From Ophelia neglecta (taxonomy: Eukaryota), in NCBI GenBank assembly GCA_965285935.1, contig OZ260661.1, positions 21,142,001 through 21,206,000 of the forward strand: a stretch of DNA of 64,000 bases, in the 5' to 3' direction. Below are positions 36,020 to 49,665 of this stretch, one piece after another. Below the pieces are notes generated by a model. The model did no database searches. It saw nothing but the letters and a program-made list of their open reading frames with translations, and was not told where the DNA came from. The first letter of the stretch is position 1; each line of letters opens with the position of its first letter. The position numbers and the translations under genes are program-made.

Positions 36020-36500
36020 TGTTTTTTCAGGACCTCTGCTGAGGGGACACAAACTGATTAGATTTTGGGGTCCGTCTGTCCGTTCGTCAGTCCGTCCGGA
36101 TATTTTGTGGGTGCCATAACTTGTGAGCCGCTGGTCCGATTTGGTTCAAATTTTGAACGCGACTAAGGCGACATGACCTGATTAGATTTTGGCTTCGTCT
36201 GTCCGTCCGTATGTTCGTCAGTCCGTCCAAAAATTTCTTGAGCACCATAACTCGTGAACCGCTGGTCCGATTTCATTCAATTTTTTTCAGAAGGATTAGA
36301 TTTTGGTGTCCGTCTGGTCCTCAATCCGTCCGGAAATTTGTAAGACCCATATTTCGCAAGTCCGATTTTGGTCATATTTTGTGGAAAGTTCTGAGGGGAC
36401 ACGAACTGATTCGGTTTTGGGGTCCGCCCGTCAAATAAAAAAACATGCTAGCGGAGGCCCTCCTAATTGACAACTTAAGTTGTCGAATGGAGCAATCTAG
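36020..36500 (-). repeat. Pearl/HINE-like element inside the MULE (related fragments at ~32770-33510 and ~37085-37380)
   Basis: CCGT microsatellite motifs and repeated GATTAGATTTT cores. GGAGGGCCTCCGC is shared with the 32780 copy. Confidence 0.5.
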
Positions 36501-38905
36501 TTAGTCTGTTGGACATAGGCCTAATTTGCCAAGTTAGCTATAAGGATAAGTAGGCCGTTTAATAATATTAATGTTTTAAGTCATAAATAAAAATATGGAA
36601 AACTTGGTTTATTCCACTGTGTGACAGCAAGCGCCTCGGACATTATTACAGTCTCAAGATGCAGAAATAATAATACTCATCTAATAATAATAATAATAAC
36701 TATAATGATAATAACAATGAAGATAGTAACAAATTGGCCTTTTTAAGTGTTTATTTTCCTTTCTTTCATTGCATAGAACAGGCTACTATAGGACTATGAA
36801 TGGCACTGGATATTCGACATCTGTCGGTTTTGGCTTTTATCTGGCACCTCAAGAAAAGACAAAAGAACAGACAGGCAGAACTTTGTGGCGAGTTCTATCT
36901 ATATGGAGCAGACGGCGTTGATGTGTGGCATCATGGGCACTGTGGGATCAAGGGAAAAGTTGTTTCAGGGGAACATTTCTTAAATTTAATTATTTAGGCA
37001 GTATAGAGTAGCGTAAAGGAGCTCGGCGCATATAGCACAAGATTGGGAAATAATAGGTTTTTATTATACAATAAAAGGTTTTAATTGTGCCCCCATCGAA
37101 AAATGGGAGGGCAAATAGCGAACGGTTTTTCCATCCCTCCGTCCGTCCGTAAGAAACACTTCAGCCTTAACGCGATAATTAATTCACATACTTCTTATTA
37201 GGTATTCAGGTAACCCTTAGGGCCCTCTTGGATGGGTTCGATACCCAGTCACATTGACCTACTTATCGGTGGTCAAATCTAGGTCAGTGTGTCAAATCTG
37301 CGCTTCGTCGTTAACGCGATTACTCTACCTAATTCCTCCAGGTTTCTAATTCGGCATGCAGGTGAACCTTAGGGCCCTACGGAAAGAGTAGGGACGGGGG
37401 AACATAGGGACGGGGGAACATAGGGACGGGGGAATATCAATACGCTCCCGGTTAAATCTTCCTTACAAAAGTGTATCAAAAAGTAAACTACTCACTTTAT
37501 AGTGGATAGATATATTTACGTATACCGATACCCTACTTTACAAGTTTACCTCATGTGAAAGCTTTTGTTTGTTTGTAATAATATTATGTGCAGCACTTCG
37601 ATGGGGCAGATAGTTTTTTCCCTAATACACTTGGAAAAAAACCCTGTAGACAACCCAAATTTTAAGGGCTGATTCAAATTTTCCTCCAGGGGGGTTAGGT
37701 GGCACTGACTTACTTGTCCCGGAAAGGGGAGTTTAACTGAAAATACTGGTCCACCACCAGCCGACAGGAGTTTGAAAATTGTGCCATGTACTCGTGTACA
37801 CGTTTTATCATTCAGTTGACTGCTGAAAATGCTGTAGTCGTGCATCATCACATTCTTGAGAGAATTTCTTTCATAAGTAGACACACCATGACCATCTGGA
37901 CACATCTAGCAAGGCCACAACAGTGTTCTGCTTGGCATTGGCGGTAGATAAAATAATGACCAGTGGTGGGCCCTCAAGTGGTGTGCATCAAGCATCTGTT
38001 GGGTTGAATTTGCATTGCCTGTATATATTTTTATTAATGGCTTATCCCAATGATTCTGATGACCCGGTAGCCAGTTAACTGACCTCCAAGTCAAGGTGTG
38101 AGCACATTTTTGATGGCACAAGTGGCCGCCAGTATTTACAATACATGTACATGTAAAATGACATGCATGTGACATATATGGCATATGAAATCATGGTGCA
38201 CATGCACATGCAAAATACGCAATTCTGAGGATATTCCACGGCCAACTCTTGGCTCCTCGCTTCCCAGACATCTACAGTTTACATACTTTTTTTGCCCTTG
38301 GGGCAGTGTCCAGACAATAGTGTCTTGTAACCCAGGGATGTCCATGAAAAAAAACTAATAATCCCAAATTGTCAACTTTTCTGTTACTGTATGTAGTACT
38401 ACAGTGTAAAGTTTGTTGTGCTCCTCTTTGATATATTTGTATTGGAGACCAAATTATTCTGTTGGTGACCTTGTTACTTGTTTTTAAAAAAAAAATTCTC
38501 TAATTGAAATTTGAAGAATTTTTCTCACTTTTTAGTACTTTCTCGACTTTCAATATAATTTAGAATCTACATTGTTTTTAAATACTGAATACAAAAATCT
38601 GAGGTTTTTTTCTAATTCTATTAGGTACAATGAATGAACAAACTACAATATAGGCATGTACATGCCAATTACTGCAGAAAACATTAAAGAAATGAAATAT
38701 GCACATAAAATAAAAAGATTATGAATAAAAACATGCTCAAACATACATAATATTATATAGCTCTAATGTAAATTCCAATTTTCTAACGCGTTGTAGTTGT
38801 TTATAACTTGACTGAATGGGCACACTTTTGTCAAAAATGGCACACTTGTTTTAGAGAAAGTGTGCCCTCTGGGCACACCTTGCCTCTGACCCAGAATAAT
38901 CCCTG

Positions 38906-39401
38906 CTACTACTGGACGTCCCATTCACCAAAAATGGGGCTTCCGGTTAATCGAGAAACCAGCAATTTTCTACATGAAAGGACCTTAAAAAAATTTTGGA
39001 CAGAGTCGAAATTGCAGCCACATTTTTTCTTGAAATGCACGGCTCAGAGATCGAGGCAGACTGCCACTCATCCGAAGCATTCAAGCTCAAAGATCTTGCA
39101 ATTCCTTTCAAATTATACTCATTACTAATACACTACATTCTCGATGAATTTGAAATAAAATGGACAGAGTTAAAATTGCAGCCACTTTTCTCAAAATGCA
39201 TGGCTCAGAGATCGAGTCAGACTGCCACTCATCCGAGGCATTCTAGCTCAAAGATCTTGTTATTCCTTTCAAATTATACTCACTATTAATACACTACATT
39301 CACTTTTCTTGAAATGTTGGGCTTGGTCCGCACATAGAAAAGTGCTGGTTCCTCGATTAACCGGAAACCCCATTATAAGTGAATGGGACTTCCAGTAGTA
39401 G
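38906..39401. mobile_element. MITE with ~55-bp TIRs and an internal ~165-bp duplication
   Basis: CTACTACTGGACGTCCCATTCAC...CCGGTTAATCGAG at one end and its inverse CTCGATTAACCGG...GTGAATGGGACTTCCAGTAGTAG at the other. Confidence 0.75.
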
Positions 39402-39744
39402 TAGTAAACTTTGCTGTAAAATCATGTATTTTCTCTCAAATATTTGTTTTCTGGATTGATAGTTGATTTTTCGGGCAGTTTATTCATCTGGCTAACGAAT
39501 GATGCCCTAAGTTACCCCAGCAAAATAGTAAGCTTGCCAGCCATTCAATTTGTGACTAAGGAGTTTTCAATGTGGTCCGAGGCTTTGACTTATCATATCA
39601 CTTGTATGAAGGCCAATTTTCGTTTAAGACAGACCTTATATTATTGCAGCCGAGTCAGAATGTTACCCATCCTCCACGGTGCAACGTATCCAGTAAAATT
39701 AACCAGTTTATAGATTACATACGAACTTTCTCTGCAGGATGCTA

Positions 39745-40252
39745 AGGAAGATTTTGCTGAATTTCAATCCCAAGCAACTTCTTCTTGTCCTGAAGATGCA
39801 CAAAAAATGTTATGATGATATCTTCAATATTTTTCGAGTTATTGATCGGACCTTCTTTTTTCAATTGAAATATAGGTTTTTGCAATTTGACCATGAAAAA
39901 AGAGGTCAAGGTCAAATTTGACATCACCAGTAGATTCCTTGTATATGATTTCCTATAGGTGTTCAATACATTCTATGTGGCTAGGTTACACCATTCAGCC
40001 ATGGGGAGACATTGAAATTATATGATAGAAATGCGTATGGCGGCTATCTTGTTTTCCAGATTTTGCTGAATTTCAACCCAAGCAACTTTTTGTTGTCCTG
40101 AAGATGCACAAAAAGATTTATGATGATATCTTTAATATTTTTCGAGTTATTGACCGGACGTCGTTTTGTGATCACGGCTCACAGCTCACAGCGCACGGCT
40201 CACGCGAATTTTGACAAAATAAAATGTCCCCCCTCCCTCCGGGGGACATAAT
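39745..40252 (+). repeat. Pearl/HINE-like element (3' part)
   Basis: Duplicated core GATTTTGCTGAATTTCAA at ~39750 and ~40059, and a terminal hairpin ATGTCCCCC...GGGGGACAT followed by AA. Confidence 0.6.
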
Positions 40253-41869
40253 AACTTACCTTTCTCCTCAGAAGCCTCGACTGGTAGAACTGTTGGAGTT
40301 AGAACCTTGTTAGAACTTCCTATATTTACCCATCAAATGTGATAACAAAACTTACCCTTCTTCTCAGTAGCCTCGACATCACAGACGTCATCAACAGGTC
40401 CTGCAGTTTCCTGAGACTGATCGCTGGTAGAACTGTTGGAGTTAGAACCTGAAAATAGAAGAACCGATTTATAATAGATGTTTATATACGGACCAGAAAA
40501 GTCCCAGAGTCACAGTCCTATTGTGCATGGGCCTATATTCCTATTATTACCCATCACATGTGATAACATAACTTACCTTTCTCCTCAGAAGCCTCGACAT
40601 CAAAGACGTCCATGCCAGGTCCTGAAGTTTCCTGAGACTGATCGCTGGTAAAACTGTTGGAGTTAGAACCTGAAATAGAGGGACTGGTTTGTAAGAGATG
40701 TTTATATATGGACCAGAAAAGTCCCAGATTCACAGTCCCATTGTGCATGGGCCTATACTTCCTATATTTACCCATCAAATGTGATAACAAAACATACCCT
40801 TCTCCTCAGTAGCCTCGACATCACAGACGTCAACACCAGGTCCTGTAGTTTCCTGAGACTGATCGCTGGTAGAACTGTTGGAGTTAGAACCTAAAAAAAG
40901 AAGAACCGGTTTATAATAAATGTTTATATACGAACCTAAAAATTCCCAAAGTAACAGTTCCATTGTGCATGGGCCTATATTTCCTATATTTACCCATCAA
41001 ATGTGCTAACAAAATTTACCTTTCTCCTCAGAAGCCTCGACATCACAGGCATCAACACCAGGTCCTGTAGTTTCCTGAGACTGGTCGCTGGTAGAACTGT
41101 TGGAATTAGAACCTGAAAATAGAGGGACTGGATGGTAAGAGATGTTTATATATGGACCAGAAAAGTCCCAGATTCACAGTCCCATTGTGCATGGGCCTAT
41201 ACTTCCTATATTTACCCATCAAATGTGATAACAAAACTTACCCTTCTCCTCAGAAGCCTCGACATCACAGACGTCAACAACAGGTCCTGCAGTTTCCTGA
41301 GACTGATCGCTGGTAGAACTGTTGGAGTTAGAACCTAAAAATAGAGTGACTGGTTTATCAGAGGTGTTTAAATACGGACCAGGAAAGTCCCAGAGTCACA
41401 GTCCCATTGTGCATGGGCCTATATTTCCTATATTTACCCATCAAATGTGCAGGCAAATCTTACCTGTTACTAAAACAGGAAAAATGTGATGCATGATTTT
41501 AAAATTGTTTAATTTTCAAGTGCAACTGTACCTTACTTTTCTCCTCAGAAGCCTCGACATCACAGACGTCAACACCAGGTCCTGTAGTTTCCTGAGACTG
41601 ATCGCTGGTAGAACTGTTGGAGTTAGAACCTGAAAAAAGAAGAACCGGTTTATAATAGATGTTTATATACGAACCAGAAAATTCCCAAAGTAACAGTCCC
41701 ATTGTGCATGGGCCTATATTTCCTGTATTTACCCATCACATGTGATAACAAAATTTACCTTTCTCCTCAGAAGCCTCGACATCACAGACGTCAACACCAG
41801 GTCCTGTAGTTTCCTGAGGCTGGTCGCTGGTAGAACTGTTGGAATTAGAACCTGAAAATAGAGGGACTG
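40253..41869 (-). repeat. ~221-bp tandem array of a 93-nt symmetric micro-exon plus intron (7 copies and one partial)
   Basis: Each unit reads YAG|GTTCTAACTCC...GAGGAGAA(A/G)G|GTA.. and encodes GSNSNSSTSDQSQETTGPGVDVCDVEASEEK. Confidence 0.85.
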
Positions 41870-43329
41870 GGCCCGTATTCTCGAAAGGGTAACGAAATTC
41901 GTAAGCCCAATATTTGCGAAAATTCGTAAGAAAAATTCGTAAATCGGCGATTTTTCACAAGTGCTATTCTCGAAATATTTGCGATGCGAATTCTTCGTAA
42001 AACCACCTCAAAAACGTCGTAAACTTACGACACCTATTTAGGTCCCGTAACTTTGCGAATTTTGTGCAGATTGCCGCGTCCTTTGCGTGTGATCTTTCGA
42101 CTATGGCAGCAATCCTTCTGAATAGTCCACCTTTAGGCGACGTTTCCGCCGAGAACGCGTCTTTTAGATGATTTAGATGATTAAGATGACACCGAGGCGA
42201 GTTTAACCGCACTACTTACAAAATAAATATCCATTAAATGTTAATACCCGGTCCTACATATGTCCAATCACGAGGGACGGTCTGTCAACGCCACATGAGC
42301 AGGGGTCACGGCTCTCTGTCAGCACGGTCTCCACGGTATTCTACACTGACAGCAGTCAAGTGGTAAAGTAATCCCTGAGACATCCGTAAGTAGTTCTTGC
42401 TATCAAATAATGAACAATCCCGCCCACTGTCTCAGCCTGCAGCCTGCCTTCGCCACTAGGCCGGGATCACTATAAAAATTTTCCATTTTCCCAGGCTGTC
42501 ATCATTTTTAGCATTATGGACAGTCATTTTTTGCATCATGACTTATTGCTGTTTCTCGTATGGGGAGCTAGTTGAGTTGTCGTTCACACAGTGAACTATA
42601 ACTACTGTAGTACATGCGGGTGCAAGAATTATTAACCCAATACTGAAAACAATACATTTGAATTATTCAGGCATGCAGAGTAATAGTTGCATGCTGCGTT
42701 CTGAACAACATTGCGAAGAGGCGGAATGTACCAATGCCCAATGGCCCAGACACAGGACAGGATGGTCATGATGACATTAATGACAATAGTGATGTTCCAA
42801 CACAACCTACTGGAGCAGCATGTGCAGTAAGGCAGCAAATTGTAGTGGCTCACTTTTCATAAGCTGAGCCCATCCCTACCAATTGATTAGTATATTTTAT
42901 TTATATACTAAATATATGTATATATATATCATTGCTTATAAATATAATGTTATGTTATGTCTGTGCTCTTCAAAATCAGTAAAATTAGTGTTATAAATTA
43001 AGTATGTCTGATTTGGCACCAAAAGTGTCCAATTCCAGTGAATTGAAATAAAAGTGTGACAGGCAAACATCTGTTAGTAATATAAAATGATTTCTTATAA
43101 ATAGCTGTAGATGATTATAATTAAAGAATAACTGTCTGAGAATAGTTGACATTTTTTTTATTTTTGACAAATAGCATGAGCCTGTTTCATCACATTAACC
43201 CTTTTAAACGGAAGAGCCCTTAGCTTTACACTGCATTAAATAAATAAATATTAAATAATTATGAACTATACATTACATCCCTTTGGGTCAATGTTTTCAC
43301 TGTGGAGTCATTTTTCTGATTCGAATACA

Positions 43330-45955
43330 TCACCGGGTAATGAAAAGTCCTTTCTCGGTCAGTTTAGCAATTAGCAGACTCTGCCAGAGAGTATGCTTTG
43401 TTTGTTGATCTTTCAGCTTCTTTTCTTCCAGTTTGAGGTTCATTTTGGTCTGTTCTAGTACTTCTATCTGGAGCCTGGCTCTTTGGAGCTCTAACTCCAA
43501 CAGTTCTTCCCGCGAATCACTGTGTTGCCTGAAATTGAAAAAGCTATGGTCAGTGCAATATGTAAACTGAATTACAAGATGATACATACCAGCTATCAGC
43601 CCAATTTTAGCTTATTACTATAAAAACCCTCAAGTTTTGTGAGCCCTTACTTTCACGATATTTGTGATTAGGATCAAAGTGCAAGATGTGGAAGTATTGC
43701 GAGGAAATACTGTGGGTGATTCAAGAATGCAAAATTAAAGGACTACATTGTCAAGAAGTAATGGGTCAAGGGCCAGCAAGAAGTGTAAAACCCTTATATT
43801 TCGCGGCCCATAATATTCGCGGTTTTGACACTCGTCTTATTTTGCTGCCTTTTAAATTTGCGTTTTAGGGCAGCCTTCAATAGGTTCTTACAGGCCTTAA
43901 TTTTTGCGGGCCCTTTAATTTTGCTGTTTTGTCTCTGTTCGTGAAATTCGCGAAATAAAGGGCTCGGGAACATTTAAAGAGTTTTACAGTATAAGAGTTT
44001 TACAGTTCTTCATGATTTTGTGCATATTACATGGTACAGTTGGCCTATTGCCAAAGTGGCATCATTAAAAGGAGTAGGCCAGGGTGTCATATAATTATGA
44101 AGCATCCTCCCTCTTCTAGCCCAGAGGCAACATACCTTTTATTTCTCCTTCGAGGCTGCTCTGTTGATGGGTGACTGAAAATCAAAATAAAGAAATGAAA
44201 TTCCTGAAGTAAGTTCAGCAGCCTTAAAAGTGGGGTAAACTACAAAATTTCATACAACATTATACATAAATTAAGTCAACAACTGACCTTTTGATGGCAT
44301 TAACTTCTGATGTAATGACAGGGTCATCTTGCATGTCTCCAAATAGGTCTGTTTGACTGCAAGGACAAATGCTTAATAATATATATATGAAGAAGCTATA
44401 ATAGTGATATGTAAATAATAGGGCTGTCACTGTTTACTCCTTGATGACTAAATCAATGATATGCTTGGTACTGTAAAACCCTTAAATTTTGTTAGCCTTT
44501 TATTTTTATCTCATGGGTTGGACCTTACAAAATATAGCAGCATGTAGTTGTGTACTCCCCTAGGCATTTGTTTAAAGACATTAATTATCGAAATTACCTT
44601 GTTAGGCCAAGGCTTGAAATACACAAATGTATGTTGCTTTCTGCTTTCAGACTGAAAAAAAATTACGGTAGATAGGTAGACGAATAATTTTTTTTTATGG
44701 AAATAATTTGTTTATCAGTCATAATATTTATCGAGGAATAAAATGGGTAAAGCCTTTAATGTCACTTATACCTAGTTCAATGCCATAATAATCTAGCAGG
44801 ATAAGGCAGCATTCACCCCTAATGTGGGAATGCTGTGCTGTGCTATGTAAAATTATCATGATGGTGAAAGGCAACTTCCCTCCAGGAAATCAATGTGAAG
44901 ACAGGTTTTCACCCGATGAAGCCATAAAAAGTTTAGGGTAGCTAGCTTTTGTTGTAGAGAACCAACAAAATTCAGCCAAATGTATCCAGGTACACTGAAG
45001 TCGCAGAGTTTAAAAAGCAGGAATCGCATTGTCATGACTAAGTGGTTGGATACTTCACCAAATTGCATGCTTTCATTCATCACCTATATAAAGTAAAATT
45101 ACTAACTCTGCACTGGTGTCAAGCCCTTCAGGGATTCCAGATATTATACTGTTGTCTCCCCCAATGATGCTTTCAATTTTTCTGTCTACGTCACTCGGTG
45201 GAGGAGGAGGTGCACCACCACCTTAAATAGAAGTTTGCCATCATAAGTAAAGTGGTACGTAAAGGCAATGAACTATATACCAGTATACATGTAACCGATA
45301 GTGGCAATTGATTTCTTTACTGGGATATAAGCAGGTAGGGGGTTACATTTTACAATGAGAGAAACTAAAGATTGCGTTCAGGGGTAAACGAGTCTCAACA
45401 TCAACAACGGTGCTCTGTGTTCGAAATTCTAAATGTTTTGAGTGTCATCAACTGGTAGCATTTAACACACACATCAAAATTTATTATTAGAATAGTCTCC
45501 ACTGTGTGCATTATATCTACAATGATCATACCTTGCACTTATTCTACTCTTAAATTAGTGGTCAATGTACATGTATGAAACATTTTGATGAATGGTTCCT
45601 TTTTCAGTTTTTGAGAGGCATAGATTGCATGTTTGAGTGATTTATTGCATTATCAGTACCTGTTTTGCTACATTCCTTCCGATGACGAGAGAGTCTTTGA
45701 ACTCCTTTCGACTTCAGGTCGACCCACTTGTTTTCGACAGAAGAAGTCTGTCGACACTGTCCACCTACAGCATTAACCATTTCAGATATTGTTTCCAATG
45801 CCTCCTTCCTGGAAGCGGATGTGACCTTGTTTGAAAAATGTTTTTTCACTACCTGTTCTCGGTATTCCTGGACCCCATCCAGTAACGCCCACACCTCCGG
45901 GGGGGTCCAGTTTGTACTTCTTTTCTTTTCAGGTCTGAACAGCGGGCGCCAGTAG
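43330..45955 (-). CDS. Myb/SANT-like DNA-binding protein of the Harbinger element (multi-exon, 5' end disrupted)
   Basis: KRKRSTNWTPPEVWALLDGV...RKEALETISEMVNAVGGQCRQTSSVENKWVDLK...KT|GGGAPPPPPSDVDRKIESIIG...ISGIPEGLDT, and a last exon at 43330-43529 encoding a coiled coil. Confidence 0.75.
43617..43992. mobile_element. TA-flanked MITE (Tc1/mariner-like) in a Myb intron
   Basis: Imperfect TIRs TACTATAAAAACCCTC... / ...GAGTTTTACAGTA. Confidence 0.45.
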
Positions 45956-46854
45956 TGTCATTGGAGGTTTCTCTATATTATTTCGACTCCCATTCTTTAA
46001 TTTAATCAGATTGTAATGTTCGTTTTTAAAATCTATGGTGATATAATCCGTATTGATATGATCCTTTACTGTGCGACCCAAAAAAACATTCCATTCTGTT
46101 CTTCCTCTTGAAGATACTCGCACATATATCGGCATCTGGTATAGATCTGAAATAGCTAGTATTTCCGCCTCAGTGGCGTACGAACTGCCTCTTCCGTTGC
46201 TGTATCGCATATTGGCCAAATGACTTTCGAAATTGCCGTTTACTTTTGCCTCCGTAATGGTTTTATTCCATAACATAAAATCTACGATATTTTGTCTCAT
46301 TTTAACCCTTTAGTCCCTCACTTAATCTTGGATTTATCTCCTGAGCCCCCTATTAATTACTTGACCATGCCCTGTGACCTGAATTAATTTGGTAATATAT
46401 ACCAAAATTATTAATTTTGGACATGTATTATTCTTTATCTGTAAATGTTTAAATTAATATGATATATCATACATCAATAGAAAGCAAAAGAATAATTCTA
46501 TTTTTCGAACATTGTTTCAATCTGTTTCAAACTGTTACAACTTGGAAAAATGTGGTACAAATGTAACAAAGTATAACCGATCTCAAAACACTAACAATAC
46601 AGCAGTTTAAAACCCAGCAAAATCAGAAAACTTCATACTTACAGATTAACATGAACCTTATATATGTTGGGCACATTTGTATACACCATGTATTAAGATA
46701 TCCTTAATATATATCATTTATCAAATTAATATATAAGAGGTAATAGTGATTGTCGATATTCAACTTAAAAACAAGTGAAATAAAATTGCTTTAATTTTTG
46801 TCCATACGTGGCAACATGAAAGCAACACTGGTTTGTCAGTAATAAATACAATAT

Positions 46855-46945
46855 GATATGAATAAATAAAATAAGTTATGAATAAATTACATAAGTTATG
46901 AATAAATTACATAAGTTATGAATAAATTACATAAGTTAGAAATAA
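46855..46945. repeat. 20-bp tandem repeat ATAAGTTATGAATAAATTAC
   Basis: About four copies are visible. Confidence 0.8.
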
Positions 46946-47587
46946 ATCACAATATATATATTGGTTACAAATGTAAAATTGATTTAAAAAAATCACAATT
47001 TGACATGCTGCCCCTTTATATCACAGAACTAATACTGAAATGGCATAATGACACTATGATATAACATCATTCAACACACTGAATGAACACAAATTCAGCA
47101 CTTATAACATTTATACATGAGAAGGTTTTCTAGTATGTCATATCAAAATATTTGTTAAATTCATACATTCAGTAAATGCAAAATTGTTGTACATGTATAA
47201 TGAACATGTATCGCTTAGGGACAAAGTATCACTTGATATATTGTAGGTTGCATATTTTAAGGCACGAGAACAGACTGCGACACAAGGGAATACGGAGTGA
47301 TAACGAGGTTATCAGAGATGTTTCTGAAAACTGTATTGAAATTTGAAAATTTTGGTACAGGCAAATTTATCTACCAGATTATTATGACAGTGGAACTCGC
47401 GAAAATACCTGTGAAAAGAAGAACACAGTCCAAAATGTAATGTGCACTGTGTCTCCCATGGCTGAGTCATCACTTCAAACCCAACGTCAAGGAATATGTA
47501 CATACGTCCATGTATAAATCACATAAAACATTTGTATAGATGAGACCATGATACCATTCAAAGGTATGCATCACATACAGTAAATTA

Positions 47588-49350
47588 TTACCACTGTACA
47601 CGTGTGTGGTAAGCAACAAAGCAATCAGGTATGCACAAATGTTTGTCACAACTGAGACATCCAAAAAAGGTTTGGGATCGTGAAAGATCATTGTTCCTGA
47701 CATGCCGCTTCCAGCAGACATGGCACCATGAACGCTTCTCAAATTTGTGTGGCATGCACCTGTTTGTCAAACGAGTTTCCAGAGCCAATAAACTGGGACG
47801 ACCTTTACGAGCTGGGTTTCTGTAACCCCCAATCATTCCTTCAATGATATCTAAAGTAAACTGAAGGAATGTCAATGGTTTCCTGTTTGGCTGAGCCTGG
47901 TGATTTGGACTAGCCAAGTAGAGATGGTAAGCATTGAGCTTACATACTTCCAGAAGTTTGAAGAAGAGGCGTATTGTCCATTTAGTAGTTTTTCTGCCAA
48001 AACTGTAATACTGAAGAAACTGATCGGCAAGATCGACTCCACCCATGTTTGAAGTGTATGCTGCTATGGCGGAAGGACATGAAATTTCACGACGGGCCCA
48101 ACGATTATTTTCCCGAACAGTTCTTTCAACTAATACCTGTCCAGGGCCATGAATGGTTGAGATCACATACACCAGTCGCTTGTCGCGCCAAACCAAGGCT
48201 AGCAAGGGGCTATTCTGTCTGTATACGAACTCTCCCCGATCCCTGCCGAGTCCAACTGGTTTCTTACACATAATGTCTGCTGGTAGTCCTACACGGTTAA
48301 TACGAACTGTTCCACATGCAGCAGTGTCAAAATTTCGCCAGAGTTCCAAGAACAAGGAAGGTGATGTGTAAAAATAATCAGTGAATAGACGGTATCCACA
48401 TCCAGTCAGCTGAACACTTTGAAGTAGGGACATAACTACATGATGTGATAAATTGCGGTGTGCCCGCTCCTCCCTTCCTGTGTAAACATGAAGCTGGCAA
48501 ACATATCCAGTGTCGGATTCTGCCAGACACCAAGCTTTGATACCCCATTTTGTAGGTTTGGCAGGTAAGTACTGTTTAAAATGTAGCATACCTTTGAATG
48601 GAATCATGGTCTCATCTATACATATGTTTTGCTTTGGAATGTACTGTGCCGAAACTGGGAATTGATTGCATCAAGAAACCATCTTACTTTCCATAACTTG
48701 TCATTCATTGGATTGGATTTATAATCTACAAAATGTAAATACCTCATCACTTGACAAAATCGGTCCCTGGTCATGATAAGAGGGAAAAAAGGTGAGTCAA
48801 GCAATTGGTTTGTTGACCAGTACATTTTTGTTTGTGGTTTATCCACCACGCCCATCAAGAAACACAAGCCTAGAAAACCCTTTAATTCATCAATGGTGAC
48901 AGCAGTCCACTTCATTTTGTGTTTATCAGGTTCAGCTTGACGTACTTGCAGTGCATAACGGTTGGTTTCCTCCGCAATATGTAAGAGACAGTCATCATCA
49001 ATAAATAATTTAAGAAAATCCAAGGCTGTTTTCTCCGCCTCCATAAAGGTGGTTGGTCCCGGATTGCCCGGCGGAGAGAAAGCTGGCTGCTCTTGCGGCT
49101 GATAACCGGGCCGCCACTGAGGATTTCTCTCCCTTCTCCTATTATCGGCCGCTGCTGCTTCATCTTCCTCGCTAGAATGGTCAGAATCTTCCGGAAAATC
49201 CACTATAACTTCGTCATCACTCCCTATTCCCTCGTGTCGCAGTCTGTCTTCATGCCTAGCCCTTGCCAATTGTACCTCCTCCTCGTCAAAACCATAGAAA
49301 TCGTCGTCTGAAGAAGACAGCACAAACGCAGCCGCCATCTTTGTATACAC
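47588..49350 (-). pseudogene. piggyBac (PGBD4-like) transposase with a single frameshift near 48645
   Basis: Joining the frames gives QYIPKQNICIDETMIPFKG...KPTKWGIK. It also has FTDYFYTS, MGGVDLADQ and a C-terminal Cys-rich domain CHVC...CLSC..LC..CF..YH. Confidence 0.9.
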
Positions 49351-49665
49351 TAGTTACAGCTCCCGGTCAAGGTCGGGAAACTCCCTTTAGTAAGCAAATA
49401 TCTATGACAAATTACACAAAAACGTTTTCCACACTTGGGGAATTCCCTGCGGAACTTGTGTACATCAATTGTGAGACCCCCTCTAGGCCCCAATTGACCA
49501 ATACCTCGGTACTACGGTGGCCCGCCAAAATGATGCATAAATGCATCGTGCGGCGTTAGTAGGCGATGCATTTATGCATCATGCGGTGTCTGTAAGTGTT
49601 GCATTTATGCATCGTGCGCCGCAAAAGGGTTAACATGTCCATCTTCCGTTCCCCATATGTGCTTA

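Larger units (their letters stand above)
31074..37449 (-). mobile_element. Mutator-like element (MULE) with a 9-bp TSD
   Basis: TSD GGTTAAATC at 31065-31073 and 37450-37458. Termini are built from 17-bp CCCTATGTTCCCCGGTC-type tandem repeats (31082-31222, inverted at ~37390-37435). Confidence 0.9.
41870..45960. mobile_element. Internally deleted PIF/Harbinger element
   Basis: Starts CTG|GGCCCGTATTCTCGAAA, cutting the exon array. A plus-strand transposase C-terminal remnant at ~42660-42861 (ACRVIVACCVLNNIAK...AVRQQIVVAHFS*) is convergent with a Myb gene. The far end was not found. Confidence 0.7.
46306..49629 (-). mobile_element. piggyBac transposon, 3324 bp
   Basis: TTAA at 46302-46305 and 49630-49633, CCCTTT...AAAGGG termini, and subterminal GATGCATAAATGCATC-type palindromes at 49530-49615. 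Confidence 0.92.
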
